Shown: positions 50,235 to 60,853, counted from the stretch's first letter. The stretch: DNA of 64,000 bases from Acidimicrobiia bacterium (GCA_965215185.1 OZ244034.1:1311569-1375568); one strand, 5' to 3'. The notes: generated by a model from the sequence alone, not told the origin. Made by a program: numbers and translations.

Positions 50235-51307
50235 TTTCTCCCGGAGGAACTGATGGGGATGTCAAAAACGATACCCGATCCAGGGGAACTTGTACTCCTG
50301 CCCGATGATCCGGCGCCCGGGGAGACAGCCGCCCCACGACGGGCCGAGGGCCGATCGAACCCGGCCGCGATCACCGTAACCTGCATCTCCTCGCCCAAAG
50401 CGTCGTTTATGATGGCTCCAAAGATTATGTTGGCTTCGTCGGACGCCAACTGCGTTATGGTCTCGGCGGCCAGATGGGCTTCATGGAGAGTCATCTCCCG
50501 AGAGCCCGCCACCGACAACAGAATTCCCGATGCCCCGTCCATGCTGATCTCCAATAGCGGGCTGGAGATAGCCCGTTTGGCAGCCTGTAAAGCGCGGTCC
50601 TCTCCACGGGCTTTTCCTACTCCCAAAACCGCGGAGCCGCCGTCGGCCATCACGGTCTTGACATCAGCGAAGTCCACATTGATGAGACCGGTGGTGTTGA
50701 TCATATTGGTGATCCCGGCCACCCCGTCCATCAACACCTCGTCGGCCATGCGGAAGGTCTCATTGATGGGAGCCGAGGGATCCCCCACCTCCAGGAGCCG
50801 ATCGTTGGGCACCACGACCAAGGTGTCAACCTGCTCCCGCAGTTCACTGATTCCCTTTTCGGCGATGGAAGACCGGACCCTGCCCTCGAATCCAAACGGT
50901 CGGGTCACTATTCCCACGGTTAGCGCACCCAGATTCCGGGCCACTTCCGCCACCACCGGCGCCGCACCGGTGCCGGTGCCGCCTCCTTCACCGCAAGTCA
51001 CAAAAACCATGTCGGCGCCGCGCAATATGTCCTCTAATTCGTCTCGATGGGCGTCGGCCGCCTTTCGGCCCACCTCGGGATTCGCCCCCGCCCCCAGGCC
51101 CTTGGTCAACTCTCCCCCGATTTCCAACTTGACCATGGCGTCGGAAGCCATCAGAGACTGGGCATCCGTGTTCAGAACCACGAATTCAACTCCCTGCAAA
51201 CCGGATTCGATCATGCGGTTGATCGCGTTGACGCCGGCGCCCCCCACTCCGATAACTTTCAGCACCGCCACATAGGCACTGGCCGGCTCCCAAATGATAT
51301 CTTGCAT
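50231..51307 (-). CDS. ftsZ: cell division GTPase FtsZ
   Basis: LKVIGVGGAGVNAINRMIE and the tubulin signature GGGTGTGAAPVVA. Confidence 0.95.
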   Translation of the reverse strand: MQDIIWEPASAYVAVLKVIGVGGAGVNAINRMIESGLQGVEFVVLNTDAQSLMASDAMVKLEIGGELTKGLGAGANPEVGRKAADAHRDELEDILRGADMVFVTCGEGGGTGTGAAPVVAEVARNLGALTVGIVTRPFGFEGRVRSSIAEKGISELREQVDTLVVVPNDRLLEVGDPSAPINETFRMADEVLMDGVAGITNMINTTGLINVDFADVKTVMADGGSAVLGVGKARGEDRALQAAKRAISSPLLEISMDGASGILLSVAGSREMTLHEAHLAAETITQLASDEANIIFGAIINDALGEEMQVTVIAAGFDRPSARRGAAVSPGAGSSGRSTSSPGSGIVFDIPISSSGRK

Positions 51308-51392
51308 TGACTCGCCCCCTTAACAGGTTTTTTGAGGTTCAACTAGAAGGTTGATACACAAGAAACCAAATGTCAAATTGGGAATATCAACC

Positions 51393-52493
51393 TTAACTGG
51401 AAGGTGAACTTGGGGAATTCTCGGAGGCCTCCCGATACACCGCCGGCCTAAGGGCGGAGAAGAGGTTGATGACCGAACCGGGATCGGTGTGCCTGTCCAC
51501 CAGCACCCCTAACACATGGGCCTTTTCCTCCAGGTCCGTGGCTCTTCCCAACCTCACGATCCGCCCCGCCACCACGGCGGTGAGCTGATTGCCATGGACT
51601 TCAACCACCGTTCCCACCCGGAGATCAGGTCGCAAGCTCTCCAGGAAAGCCAGAGCCGCCGCAACGGGAGGATGGGGGAGATCCAATACCGCGCCGGCCA
51701 AACCGGTGATATGCGGTATAAGTTGTTCGGGGCCCACATCAAGTTCCACCCCATCCAATGACAGAGCCCGCCATCCCTTACCGGTCAGCCCCCACGCCAC
51801 CGGGTACCTTTCCTCAACTGTCACCCGAATCGTGTTAGGCCATTCCTTCTCCACCTCGACCTCAGCGACCCAAGGATCTGACAGCACGGCTTTCTGCAAT
51901 AGTTCTGTATCGATCGATATCATGGGCGCGCCTGCTGTCACTCCTGCCCCCTCAATCTGCTGGGCAGCGGAGGAGGACACTTCTCCCGTCACCACTACCT
52001 CCCGTACCGCCAGATAGGGAGAATACACCAACCACATTCCGATTCCCGCCACGCTCATCACCAACAGCATCCAAACGGCCCGTTTGAATGCCTTCCTCTC
52101 TTCCTTCTCGCGAACCTTTTGGGCTCGTTCCGTGATGCGGGGATCTACCTCCGGTTTGGCGTCCTTGCTCTTCATCCTTGTGAACAGGAGTGCGACCGGG
52201 CCTTTCTTCGGACTGGCCTTTGCCCGAAAACCAGTGCGGGTGACTAGCTTGGGGTTCGATCTCGGTTTGAGAGTCAGATGGCCCGACTGCGCGTCAGCTG
52301 CCCGGCCCATTCCACTCTCAGGACGCCGACCTGCGACCGGCCTAACCACTGTGACGGCGGAAAGATCTTCTCTTCCCCCATCGCCAGCGCTCGGAGCCGG
52401 CCCTGACTTATGGGATGAGGCCTTGAATGACGCCTTCTTCCACCGGCGCGTCCGGCGGCCCCTGGCGGTTCCAATGGGGTGCTTCCTTTTCAT
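51393..52493 (-). CDS. ftsQ: cell division protein FtsQ/DivIB (POTRA domain)
   Basis: Basic cytoplasmic N-terminus, single TM (VWMLLVMSVAGIGMWLV), POTRA domain (VREVVVTGEVSSSAAQQIE...). Start uncertain; 52493 gives a 4-nt overlap with murB. Confidence 0.7.
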   Translation of the reverse strand: MKRKHPIGTARGRRTRRWKKASFKASSHKSGPAPSAGDGGREDLSAVTVVRPVAGRRPESGMGRAADAQSGHLTLKPRSNPKLVTRTGFRAKASPKKGPVALLFTRMKSKDAKPEVDPRITERAQKVREKEERKAFKRAVWMLLVMSVAGIGMWLVYSPYLAVREVVVTGEVSSSAAQQIEGAGVTAGAPMISIDTELLQKAVLSDPWVAEVEVEKEWPNTIRVTVEERYPVAWGLTGKGWRALSLDGVELDVGPEQLIPHITGLAGAVLDLPHPPVAAALAFLESLRPDLRVGTVVEVHGNQLTAVVAGRIVRLGRATDLEEKAHVLGVLVDRHTDPGSVINLFSALRPAVYREASENSPSSPSS

Positions 52494-53407
52494 GCCCTCA
52501 CCTCGTTATCTCGAAACCCAACGAATCTCACTTCGGGCTGCAAGTCGACTCCGGTAGCGGCCCGCACCTTTCTACGCACTTTTGAAACCAGTCGGCGAAT
52601 ATCTTCAGATGTGGCTCCCTTTTCAGCAACAAAGAAGTTGGCGTGCTTTTCGGAGACCGAGACATTTCCGACCCGCGTCCCCTTCAGACCTACATCGTCT
52701 ATGAGCCTCCCGGCCGCGTCACCGGGCGGATTCTTGAACACACTCCCTGCGTTGAGCGTCCCTCCCGGCTGATGGAGCCGACGCCAACGGGTGATCTCGC
52801 GGATCCTCTCCAATCCCAGCGCCGGTTCTCCCGAAGTAAACCGAAACCACGATTTGGTGATCACCTGTGAGGGCCTCACAGCCGAGCTTCGGTATCCAAG
52901 CCGGAGCGAATCGGGAGTCACCGCCGACAGTTTCCCGGTGTCGAAATCAAAGATCTCCACTTCATCCAGCACATCCACCATCTCTTTTCCGTGGCAACCG
53001 GCGTTCTGGAACACGCCTCCTCCCACCGTTCCCGGTATTCCCACCATGAATTCGAGTCCCAGCCGACCCTCCCTCACAGCCGAGCGGGCCAACAGGGGAA
53101 GCCCGACTCCTCCCCCCGCCTGTACCCGGTCTTCGGGATGCCGAATGGAAAGAAATTCCCCTACCAGCCTGAGCACCAGTCCTCGGTAACCCTGGTCGGC
53201 GATGATCACGTTGCTGCCCTTGCCCAGCACTAAAACACCCTCCGATACCTCGCCCCTCCACGCCTCCGCCAACGTCCGCAGGTGAGAGTAATCACCTACC
53301 TCGGCGTACCACCGAGCGGCGCCGCCCAGTTTGTAGGTGGTAAACCCGTCAAGCGGCACCTCCGTGCGCACCAAGCCCCGGGCCTCCAGATTCTGCCACT
53401 CACTCAC
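52490..53407 (-). CDS. murB: UDP-N-acetylenolpyruvoylglucosamine reductase
   Basis: FAD-binding PCMH domain (TTYKLGGAARWY...LVLGKGSNV) and MurB C-terminal domain. Confidence 0.9.
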   Translation of the reverse strand: MSEWQNLEARGLVRTEVPLDGFTTYKLGGAARWYAEVGDYSHLRTLAEAWRGEVSEGVLVLGKGSNVIIADQGYRGLVLRLVGEFLSIRHPEDRVQAGGGVGLPLLARSAVREGRLGLEFMVGIPGTVGGGVFQNAGCHGKEMVDVLDEVEIFDFDTGKLSAVTPDSLRLGYRSSAVRPSQVITKSWFRFTSGEPALGLERIREITRWRRLHQPGGTLNAGSVFKNPPGDAAGRLIDDVGLKGTRVGNVSVSEKHANFFVAEKGATSEDIRRLVSKVRRKVRAATGVDLQPEVRFVGFRDNEVRA

Positions 53408-54783
53408 AGCTGCTGTTCCTTCTCAGCCAACAGTGCCAGCAACTCGGAGGGAACCATCGTTATATCCCCGGCGCCCATGGTCACCACCAGATCGCCCTCT
53501 ACTAGTTGAGGGAATATCCCCTCCGCCACTTCGGACCGATGGGGGAAATACTCAACCACCCTTCCACCGGACCGGCGGGCGGCCGCAGCCACCAACTCTC
53601 CGCTTATACCCGGGCGGGGTTCTTCGCGCGCGCCGTAAACATCGGTGACCACGATCCGGTCGGCCAGGGACAGCGCCGCGCCCAACCCCGCGAACATCTG
53701 CGCTGTGCGCGAATACAGGTGCGGCTGGAAAACAGCCCAGACCCGTCGATGGCCAGATTCCATGGCAGCTCTGATCGTGGCCGCGATTTCGGAGGGATGA
53801 TGTGCGTAGTCATCGATGATGGTCACACCCCCCACCAACCCGCGGTGCTCCCAGCGACGCCGCACTCCGCGATAACGGGCGATTCCCTCCACCGCCCGGT
53901 CCAGATCGAGGCCCATCTCCCCGCATAGGCCCAACACTCCGGCCGCGTTGCGAGCCATGTGAACGCCGGGAAAAGGAACTTTTACCTGCCACGAAGAACC
54001 AGCGCGGCTCAACCGAAAAGAGACCTGCCCGGCGCCTTCCGACAGTTCGGTCATGCTCCAATGAGCGTCGTCCGACATCCCGAATCCCAATAGGTCGGCC
54101 CGCTCTGCCACTCGGCGAGCGCCCGGATCGTCAATGCCCGCCACCACCGGGCCCTCCACCGACCGCGCCACCTTGACGAAACTCGACTCCAAGATGTCCA
54201 CCGTTTCAAAGTGGTCCAGATGCTCGGCTTCCACATTGGTTATCACCAGCCCCTTCAAGTTGACCTGCTCGAAAGTGCGAAAGGCCTCATCCACCTCCAA
54301 TACCATCCACGGATCGGAACCGAGTCCGGCATTGGTTCCCAAACCGAGGACCTGCTCGCCCACCACAAAGCTGGGGTTTTCCCCGGCCGCCCGGGCGGCC
54401 CTCACCAGCATGGCGGTGGAAGAGGTCTTGCCATGGGTGCCGGTGGGACCCACGGTGGTGATCTCGGCGCTCAGAGCCGCCAACAACTGGGGACGCCGCC
54501 ACACCTCCACCCCTGCCCGACGGGCGGCCCGCACCTCGGGGTCATTTTCGGGAACCGCCGAGGAGATGACCACCAAGTCGGTGAGGCCGCTCATCCGATC
54601 CGGATGGTGTCCCGACCACACCTGCACACCAATGTCGGATAGGGCGTCCAATCGGGAAGAGCGGCGGATGTCGGATCCGGTGACCGTCTTACCCGACTCG
54701 GCCAATAGTTTGGCCAGACCACTCATCCCCGCTCCCCCAACGCCCACAATATGGAACCTCTGGCGTCCATCCAGGTCAAACAA
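53404..54783 (-). CDS. murC: UDP-N-acetylmuramate--L-alanine ligase
   Basis: HIVGVGGAGMSGLA N-terminus and Mur ligase central domain GTHGKTSSTAM. Confidence 0.9.
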   Translation of the reverse strand: MFDLDGRQRFHIVGVGGAGMSGLAKLLAESGKTVTGSDIRRSSRLDALSDIGVQVWSGHHPDRMSGLTDLVVISSAVPENDPEVRAARRAGVEVWRRPQLLAALSAEITTVGPTGTHGKTSSTAMLVRAARAAGENPSFVVGEQVLGLGTNAGLGSDPWMVLEVDEAFRTFEQVNLKGLVITNVEAEHLDHFETVDILESSFVKVARSVEGPVVAGIDDPGARRVAERADLLGFGMSDDAHWSMTELSEGAGQVSFRLSRAGSSWQVKVPFPGVHMARNAAGVLGLCGEMGLDLDRAVEGIARYRGVRRRWEHRGLVGGVTIIDDYAHHPSEIAATIRAAMESGHRRVWAVFQPHLYSRTAQMFAGLGAALSLADRIVVTDVYGAREEPRPGISGELVAAAARRSGGRVVEYFPHRSEVAEGIFPQLVEGDLVVTMGAGDITMVPSELLALLAEKEQQL

Positions 54784-55855
54784 GAGCGCCCCTCATTTCT
54801 TCGGCTATTAGCTGGGCCGCCCGCGGTCGGGCAATCACCCGGGCCGCCGCAGCCATGGCTTCCCGGCGATCCGGATCCCACAGAAGTCGCTCCACCAGGG
54901 GTCCCAATCCGCAAAGATCGGCTTCGGGCAGAGTCACGGCGGCCCCCGCCTCCTCCAGCGCCGCCGCGTTGGCGGCCTGATGATTGGCGGAACCGAATTC
55001 TCCCGGTATCAGCACCGACGGCAATCCGACGGCGGTGAACTCGGCCACCCCACCTCCCGCCCGGGCCACGACCAAATCGCACGCCGAATAAAACAAATCC
55101 ATCCGCTCTTCGAATCCCACCACCCGCCACTGATGAACGCTGGCTGCTGCGTGGCGGGTCATCTCCTGGAAGTGAGAGTCGCCGGTCAAATGCACCACCT
55201 GCATCGGTTCATGCTGCCATTGGTCCAACATCTGGTGAACCCCGCGGTTGATAGCCGCCGACCCCAGACTTCCTCCCATCACTCCCAGCACGGGAATCCC
55301 TTCTTTCAATTCATAGCGGCGGTGGGCCTCCTGCCGCAGAGAGTCCCGGTCAACCCGGGCAATCTCCGCCCGAATGGGATTTCCCACCCACTCGGCTTTT
55401 TTCAAACCTGAGGTGTGAGGAAAGGAAGCAAAACTGCGGGTAGCCCAGCGTTCCATGACCCGGTTGGCCAGTCCCGCCACGGCATTCTGTTCGACCAGAT
55501 AGAAGGGAATTCCATTGGACCGGGCAGCCCAACCGGCCGGCGCGGTCACGTAACCTCCGGTGGCCAGCACCACTTTCACTCCTCGTTGGGTCAATTCCCG
55601 GCGAATCCGCCGGATGGCCTTCGACACTTTGGAGGGAATGGTGAGGTTGCGAAGGGTGATCCGGCGCGCCAGTCCCTGGAGCGAAACCGACAGCAGGCTG
55701 TATCCGGCCCGGGGAACGGCCACAGCCTCCAGGCGGTCTCCCCCGATGAACAGCACCTCCTCAGCGGCCACCCCTTGGGAAACCAGCGCTTCGGCCACCG
55801 CCAGACCGGGATAGACATGTCCGGCGGTTCCGGCGGCGGCGATGGCGAAGGTCAT
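54776..55855 (-). CDS. murG: undecaprenyldiphospho-muramoylpentapeptide beta-N-acetylglucosaminyltransferase
   Basis: Homology begins at MTFAIAAAGTAGHVYPGLAVAE (internal ATG 55855). The upstream 200 aa of the ORF overlaps ftsW and was rejected. Confidence 0.9.
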   Translation of the reverse strand: MTFAIAAAGTAGHVYPGLAVAEALVSQGVAAEEVLFIGGDRLEAVAVPRAGYSLLSVSLQGLARRITLRNLTIPSKVSKAIRRIRRELTQRGVKVVLATGGYVTAPAGWAARSNGIPFYLVEQNAVAGLANRVMERWATRSFASFPHTSGLKKAEWVGNPIRAEIARVDRDSLRQEAHRRYELKEGIPVLGVMGGSLGSAAINRGVHQMLDQWQHEPMQVVHLTGDSHFQEMTRHAAASVHQWRVVGFEERMDLFYSACDLVVARAGGGVAEFTAVGLPSVLIPGEFGSANHQAANAAALEEAGAAVTLPEADLCGLGPLVERLLWDPDRREAMAAAARVIARPRAAQLIAEEMRGALV

Positions 55856-57024
55856 TGCCGTGCTCGCAGGGGATTGCGTCCCTGTCGGGCCACATTGAAC
55901 ATCACTCCCAGCGCCCCCATGGTCACCACCAAAGACGACACGCCATAGGAGATGAAGGGAAGAGTGATTCCGGTGATGGGCAGCCATCCCAGCACTCCGC
56001 CCACGTTCATCAGGCCTTGAAAACCCAGCCATCCAGTGATTCCTGCCGCCAGCATCTGCCCGAAGTGGTCGGGCGCCCGACGAGCCACCGTCCAGCCCAG
56101 CACCACCAGAACAATGAACAGCGTGATGACAAACAATCCTCCCACCAACCCAATCTCCTCCCCGATGATGGCGAAAATGAAGTCGGTGTGAGCGTGGGGA
56201 AGATAAAACCACCTGGCCCGGCTGTTTCCGGGGCCAACGCCCCACAGTCCTCCGGTGCCCAGAGCAACCCAAGATTGGATGAGCTGATAGCCGGTGTCGG
56301 AGGCATCTCCCCAAGGATCGAGGAATCCTTTCAAGCGGTCCATTCGATAGGGAGCGATCACCGCCAAAAATATCCCGGCAGCCAACGCCACCACCCCGGT
56401 ACCCAGCATGTAGCGAAGCGGCGCCCCGCCCACCCACAGCACCACGCAGGCGCAAATCGCGATGAGGAACGTGGTACCGAAGTCAGGCTGTTGGAGCAGC
56501 AAAAACCCCACGCTCCCCACCACCAGCAGCAGCGCTGCCGAGTAGCTCTTCAGGTCGCTGAACACTCCCTTACCCCTGGTGACGATCGATGCCATCAACA
56601 CCACCACCGCGAATTTGGCCAACTCGGAGGGCTCGAAGCTGACCGGCCCAAACCTCAACCATCGGGAACTTCCGCCCACTTGCACCCCGACCAGCAACAC
56701 CAGAAACAAAAGCACCAGCGCCCCTCCGAACAAAACATTGGCGTAACGCTGGTACAACTGATAAGGAACGCGAGAAGTAGCCAGCAAGACCACCATTCCC
56801 AGCCCCACCCCCAGTAGCTGCCGGACGAAGAAGTGGTATTGCCCATAGTCCCAGTTGATCCCCACCGTGGAGGAGGCCGAGATGGTGGCTCCCAACCCGA
56901 TCACCACCAAAGTGAAGGCCACCGACGAGAACAGCACGATTATCTGGGTGTTGGTTCGGTGTCTGCTTTCGCTTTGGATCCTCTCGGTCCGAGCGCGATA
57001 GATAGTGGTTACGTTGCGAGGCAT
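55852..57024 (-). CDS. ftsW: FtsW/RodA/SpoVE-family peptidoglycan glycosyltransferase / lipid II flippase
   Basis: 10-TM SEDS protein in the dcw cluster. ATGA overlap with murG. Confidence 0.9.
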   Translation of the reverse strand: MPRNVTTIYRARTERIQSESRHRTNTQIIVLFSSVAFTLVVIGLGATISASSTVGINWDYGQYHFFVRQLLGVGLGMVVLLATSRVPYQLYQRYANVLFGGALVLLFLVLLVGVQVGGSSRWLRFGPVSFEPSELAKFAVVVLMASIVTRGKGVFSDLKSYSAALLLVVGSVGFLLLQQPDFGTTFLIAICACVVLWVGGAPLRYMLGTGVVALAAGIFLAVIAPYRMDRLKGFLDPWGDASDTGYQLIQSWVALGTGGLWGVGPGNSRARWFYLPHAHTDFIFAIIGEEIGLVGGLFVITLFIVLVVLGWTVARRAPDHFGQMLAAGITGWLGFQGLMNVGGVLGWLPITGITLPFISYGVSSLVVTMGALGVMFNVARQGRNPLRARQ

Positions 57025-58335
57025 TTAGGTCCTTTCCCGTCTTTTGGCCAAGGCGGAGACGACCCTGCCGAATTCCTCGCCCCGGTGCTGATAGGAGTCA
57101 AACTGATCGAAAGAAGCGCAGCCGGGGGCGAGTAGGACCACGTCGGCGGGACGGGCCAGCCCCCAGGCGATCGACACCGCCTCTTCCAGTGAGTGGGCGG
57201 GAGTGACCCGACCCGGGGGAGCGGATTCCACCAACAGCGGGGAAGCCGTTCCGATGGAGACCACCGACCTCACCGACCCGGCCGAGGTGAGCGGAGACAG
57301 GTCCAGGCCCTTGTTCAGACCCCCTGCGATCAGCACCACCGATCCGAAGGAGTTGATGGACGCCAAGGCGGCATGGGGGTTGGTGGCTTTCGAGTCGTCG
57401 ACGAACCGCACTCCATCGATCTCACCCACTGTCCGGCGGCGATGCGGCCCGGGCCGAAAGCTTCGGATGGCTTCTTCCACTGCGAAATCAGAAGCCCCCC
57501 ATGCCCGGGCCGCCGCCGCGGCGATCAGCAGGTCGCTCAAATAGGAGGTGTCCCCAACCGCCAGTTCGGCGATGGGAATGCGAAGGGCGCCGATCACCAG
57601 ATCACCGCCTTGCCCTCCCGGTCGGTCCACTGTCCCTCCCGGAACAGAGACTCCCAGCAGTTGACTGGTCGCGCCCCGCACCGCCCGTCGGGCGCCCGGA
57701 TCATCGGCGTCGAAGATCAGGGTGTCGTCTTCTCTCTGGGCCGCGTGAATACGAGCCTTGGCCGCCAGATAGCGATCCACTGTTCCATGCCAGTCGAGAT
57801 GGTCGGAAGCGACGTTGACGATCACCGCAGTGCGGGGTGAGAGAGTCTCCGTGAAGCGCAGTTGGAAACTTGACAGCTCCACCACCGCCCTTCCCACGTC
57901 TTTTCCAACCAGATCCGAAAGCGGATAGCCAATGTTGCCCACCACGGGAGTCTCCATCCCCGAAAGGGCCAACATCCTGCCCACCAGGAGGGCCACAGTG
58001 GTCTTGCCGTTGGTGCCGGTGACCGCGGTCATCTCCGTTCGCAATTCCCGACCGGCCAGTTCCACTTCGCTCCACACCGGCTTTCCCGCCCCCAACGCGT
58101 CCCTGATCGGCGCCGAACTCTCGGCAAACCCGGGACTGGTTACCACCAGATCACAGTCAGAGACCCATTCCCGACGCCAACGGCCCGTCACCGCCGACCA
58201 TTCTTCTCTTCCATTAGCCGATGAGATAGCTTCGGGACGGGCGTCGTAAACCCGCACCTTCCACCCCAATCCGACGCCAAGGCGAGCTGCGGCTCGCCCC
58301 GACACGCCGGCCCCCAAGACCAGACAGCGCCTCAC
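57025..58335 (-). CDS. murD: UDP-N-acetylmuramoylalanine--D-glutamate ligase
   Basis: LVLGAGVSGRAAARL N-terminal Rossmann and Mur ligase domains (TGTNGKTTV). Start set at GTG 58335 (GTGA overlap with the mraY stop); the ORF's upstream 114 aa would overlap mraY. Confidence 0.8.
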   Translation of the reverse strand: MRRCLVLGAGVSGRAAARLGVGLGWKVRVYDARPEAISSANGREEWSAVTGRWRREWVSDCDLVVTSPGFAESSAPIRDALGAGKPVWSEVELAGRELRTEMTAVTGTNGKTTVALLVGRMLALSGMETPVVGNIGYPLSDLVGKDVGRAVVELSSFQLRFTETLSPRTAVIVNVASDHLDWHGTVDRYLAAKARIHAAQREDDTLIFDADDPGARRAVRGATSQLLGVSVPGGTVDRPGGQGGDLVIGALRIPIAELAVGDTSYLSDLLIAAAAARAWGASDFAVEEAIRSFRPGPHRRRTVGEIDGVRFVDDSKATNPHAALASINSFGSVVLIAGGLNKGLDLSPLTSAGSVRSVVSIGTASPLLVESAPPGRVTPAHSLEEAVSIAWGLARPADVVLLAPGCASFDQFDSYQHRGEEFGRVVSALAKRRERT

Positions 58336-59381
58336 AACAAACCTTCCAGCGTCAGAAAGTCTGCATAGAAAAACCCCAAACCCAGCGAGACCGCTATGCC
58401 GGCCAGTATCCAGAACCGGATGACAACGGTGGGTTCCTCCCATCCGGCCAGCGTGAAGTGGTGATGAAAGGGCGCCATTAGAAACACCCTGCGGCCGGTC
58501 ATCTTGAAGCTGGCCACTTGGATGATCACCGAGAACGTCTCCGCCACATACAGCCCCCCGATCAAGATCAGCAGCAGTTGTGTGTTGGTGAGCACCGCCA
58601 GGGCCGCTAAAAGGCCCCCGATAGCGTGGGAACCAACATCTCCCATGATTATCTTGGCAGGGGGAGCGTTCCACCACAGGAACCCCAATAAAGCTCCGGC
58701 CATCGCCGCCGACATGGTGGCCAGCGCCAGGGGATCGACTGCCGTATAGATGTCGGCGTGCCGAACCTGCCAGAAAGCGATAACTATGTAGGCGCCGAAC
58801 ATGAGCACCGCAGACCCACCGGCCAGTCCGTCCATACCGTCGGCCAGGTTGGCGCCGTTGGCGGCGCCGGTCAGCATCACCAGCACCAAGACAGAGAACA
58901 GAGCCCCCAGTTCTATGCCAAGCGGACGGGTGAAGGAAAGCTCAGTGACCACTCCCGACCCCCGAGCGCCCCACACGAACAGAGCCGCCACTGCCACCTG
59001 TCCCCCGAATTTGGCTGCCTTGCCCAGACCCAGCGAGCGGCGGTTGCGGGCTTTGACCAGGTCATCCAAGAAACCTATGGCGGCCATCCCCAACAGGGCC
59101 ACCAGACACAGGGCGCCCCCGATGGGAACCGCGGTGAAATTCGCCGCCATCCCGTCGGAGAAGCCCACACGCACATAGGTGAGCAGATAGGCAAGCACCG
59201 CCGCGCTCACAAACAGCAACCCGCCCATGGTGGGGGTTCCCAGCTTGTGGCCGTGTGCGCCCCTGATCTCTTCTTGAATGAAATCTCCGATGTTGAGCCG
59301 GCGCAGCATTTTGATTCCGTAGTAGGTGAGAACGATGGAGAGCAGGAACCCCACCGACGATCCCACCAGCAGGTTGATCAT
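58332..59381 (-). CDS. mraY: phospho-N-acetylmuramoyl-pentapeptide transferase
   Basis: 10-TM MraY. Conserved NxxNxxDGxDGL (NGANLADGMDGLAGG) motif. Confidence 0.95.
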   Translation of the reverse strand: MINLLVGSSVGFLLSIVLTYYGIKMLRRLNIGDFIQEEIRGAHGHKLGTPTMGGLLFVSAAVLAYLLTYVRVGFSDGMAANFTAVPIGGALCLVALLGMAAIGFLDDLVKARNRRSLGLGKAAKFGGQVAVAALFVWGARGSGVVTELSFTRPLGIELGALFSVLVLVMLTGAANGANLADGMDGLAGGSAVLMFGAYIVIAFWQVRHADIYTAVDPLALATMSAAMAGALLGFLWWNAPPAKIIMGDVGSHAIGGLLAALAVLTNTQLLLILIGGLYVAETFSVIIQVASFKMTGRRVFLMAPFHHHFTLAGWEEPTVVIRFWILAGIAVSLGLGFFYADFLTLEGLL

Positions 59382-60853
59382 TCTCTTACCTCGCCGTCAG
59401 CCCCGTTCACCCCGGCCAGCGCCTCTCGGGCGCACTGGCGGTCGTCGAAGGGGACGCGTCTTCCCCCTATGTCCTGATAGCGCTCATGGCCCTTGCCCAA
59501 CAGCAAGACCACATCACCCGGCCGGGCCCACCCCACGGCGACGTGGATGGCCCGCTCCCGGTCGACCTCCGCCCGGTAATCCCTGCCCTCCAGCCCGGCG
59601 GCAAGTTCGGCCAGGATGGCCTGGGGATCTTCGGACCGAGGGTTGTCGGAGGTGAGCATCACCCGATCGGCGGAGGCGGCTGCCCTGGCCATCTCGATTC
59701 TCTTGCTGCGATCCCGATCACCTCCCGCTCCGATCACCGCAATGACCCGCCCGTCCACGGCTTGACGCGCGGCGCCGATCACAGCCCGGATCGCCCCCGG
59801 TGTGTGGGCGTAGTCGACAACCACCCCCGTCGGCTCGGCGGCCACCACCTCGAAGCGGCCTTCCACCGGTGACAGGGCGGCGATGCCCAAGGAGATCTCC
59901 AACGGCGAAAACCCCATGTGCAAGGCTCCGGCCGCCGCCAACAGCGCGTTTGTGCCGTTGTGGCGTCCCCCCATAGGTATCTCCAGGTGAACCGTGACGC
60001 CTGCCAGCCGGGCGGTCATCACTACCCCCGACAGACTCTGGCTGATCATCCCTCCTTTCACTTCGGCGTCGGGCCCAGTGCCGACCGTGGTCACGGGAAT
60101 CTGGGACTGCGCCGCCAGCCTCTGTCCCCATTCGTTGTCTATCCACACCACTGCCGCTTCGGAGAACTCCGGTGAGAAGAGACGCTCCTTGCTTTGGTAA
60201 TAGTCCTCCTGATTTCCGTGAAAGTCCAGGTGATCGTGTCCCAGGTTGGTGAAAACCGCCATTTCGAAACGAAGGTGATCCACCCGATGCATAGCCAAAC
60301 CGTGAGAAGACACCTCCATGAACGCCGTATCCACTGCCTCGGCCCGCATCTGGGCCATTTGTCGTTGCAGGTCGGAAGCCTCGGGGGTGGTTAGGAAAGT
60401 GGGAAGGCTCCGATCACCTATCCGCGCTCCCAAAGTCCCGATCACCGCGGTTCGGCGCCCGGCGCAGCGGGCCACCGCTTCCATCATGTGCATCACGGTG
60501 GTCTTCCCATTGGTGCCGGTGATCCCCACCAGGCGCAGATCATGCGAGGGATGGGCGTAGACCTCGGCGGCGGCCCGGGCCAGCGCCTTCCGCCCGTCCC
60601 GCACCAGAATCTGAGAGACAGGGTGATCAAGGGACCGCTCGCAGACAACCGCCACCGCCCCCCGGTGAATGGCTTCGGCCACATAGTCGTGACCGTCGAA
60701 ATTTGCACCGGTCATCGCCACAAACACATCGCCTTCTCTCACCCGGCGGCTGTCGTAACTCACCCCCTTCACCAACAGGTCGCCCGCTCCCCTGACAGAG
60801 GCGCCCAGACGGTCGGCCAGCATTCCGACCGACATCTCAAGAAGAGGTCTCAT
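59378..60853 (-). CDS. murE: UDP-N-acetylmuramoyl-L-alanyl-D-glutamate--2,6-diaminopimelate ligase
   Basis: Mur ligase with the C-terminal MurE-specific DNPR motif (LTSDNPRSEDP). TGTNGKTT P-loop. Confidence 0.85.
   Translation of the reverse strand: MRPLLEMSVGMLADRLGASVRGAGDLLVKGVSYDSRRVREGDVFVAMTGANFDGHDYVAEAIHRGAVAVVCERSLDHPVSQILVRDGRKALARAAAEVYAHPSHDLRLVGITGTNGKTTVMHMMEAVARCAGRRTAVIGTLGARIGDRSLPTFLTTPEASDLQRQMAQMRAEAVDTAFMEVSSHGLAMHRVDHLRFEMAVFTNLGHDHLDFHGNQEDYYQSKERLFSPEFSEAAVVWIDNEWGQRLAAQSQIPVTTVGTGPDAEVKGGMISQSLSGVVMTARLAGVTVHLEIPMGGRHNGTNALLAAAGALHMGFSPLEISLGIAALSPVEGRFEVVAAEPTGVVVDYAHTPGAIRAVIGAARQAVDGRVIAVIGAGGDRDRSKRIEMARAAASADRVMLTSDNPRSEDPQAILAELAAGLEGRDYRAEVDRERAIHVAVGWARPGDVVLLLGKGHERYQDIGGRRVPFDDRQCAREALAGVNGADGEVRE

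Noticed and set aside
49480-51275. Plus-strand ORFs of 208 and 554 aa
   Set aside because: Antisense to yggS, pgeF and ftsZ. Low complexity.
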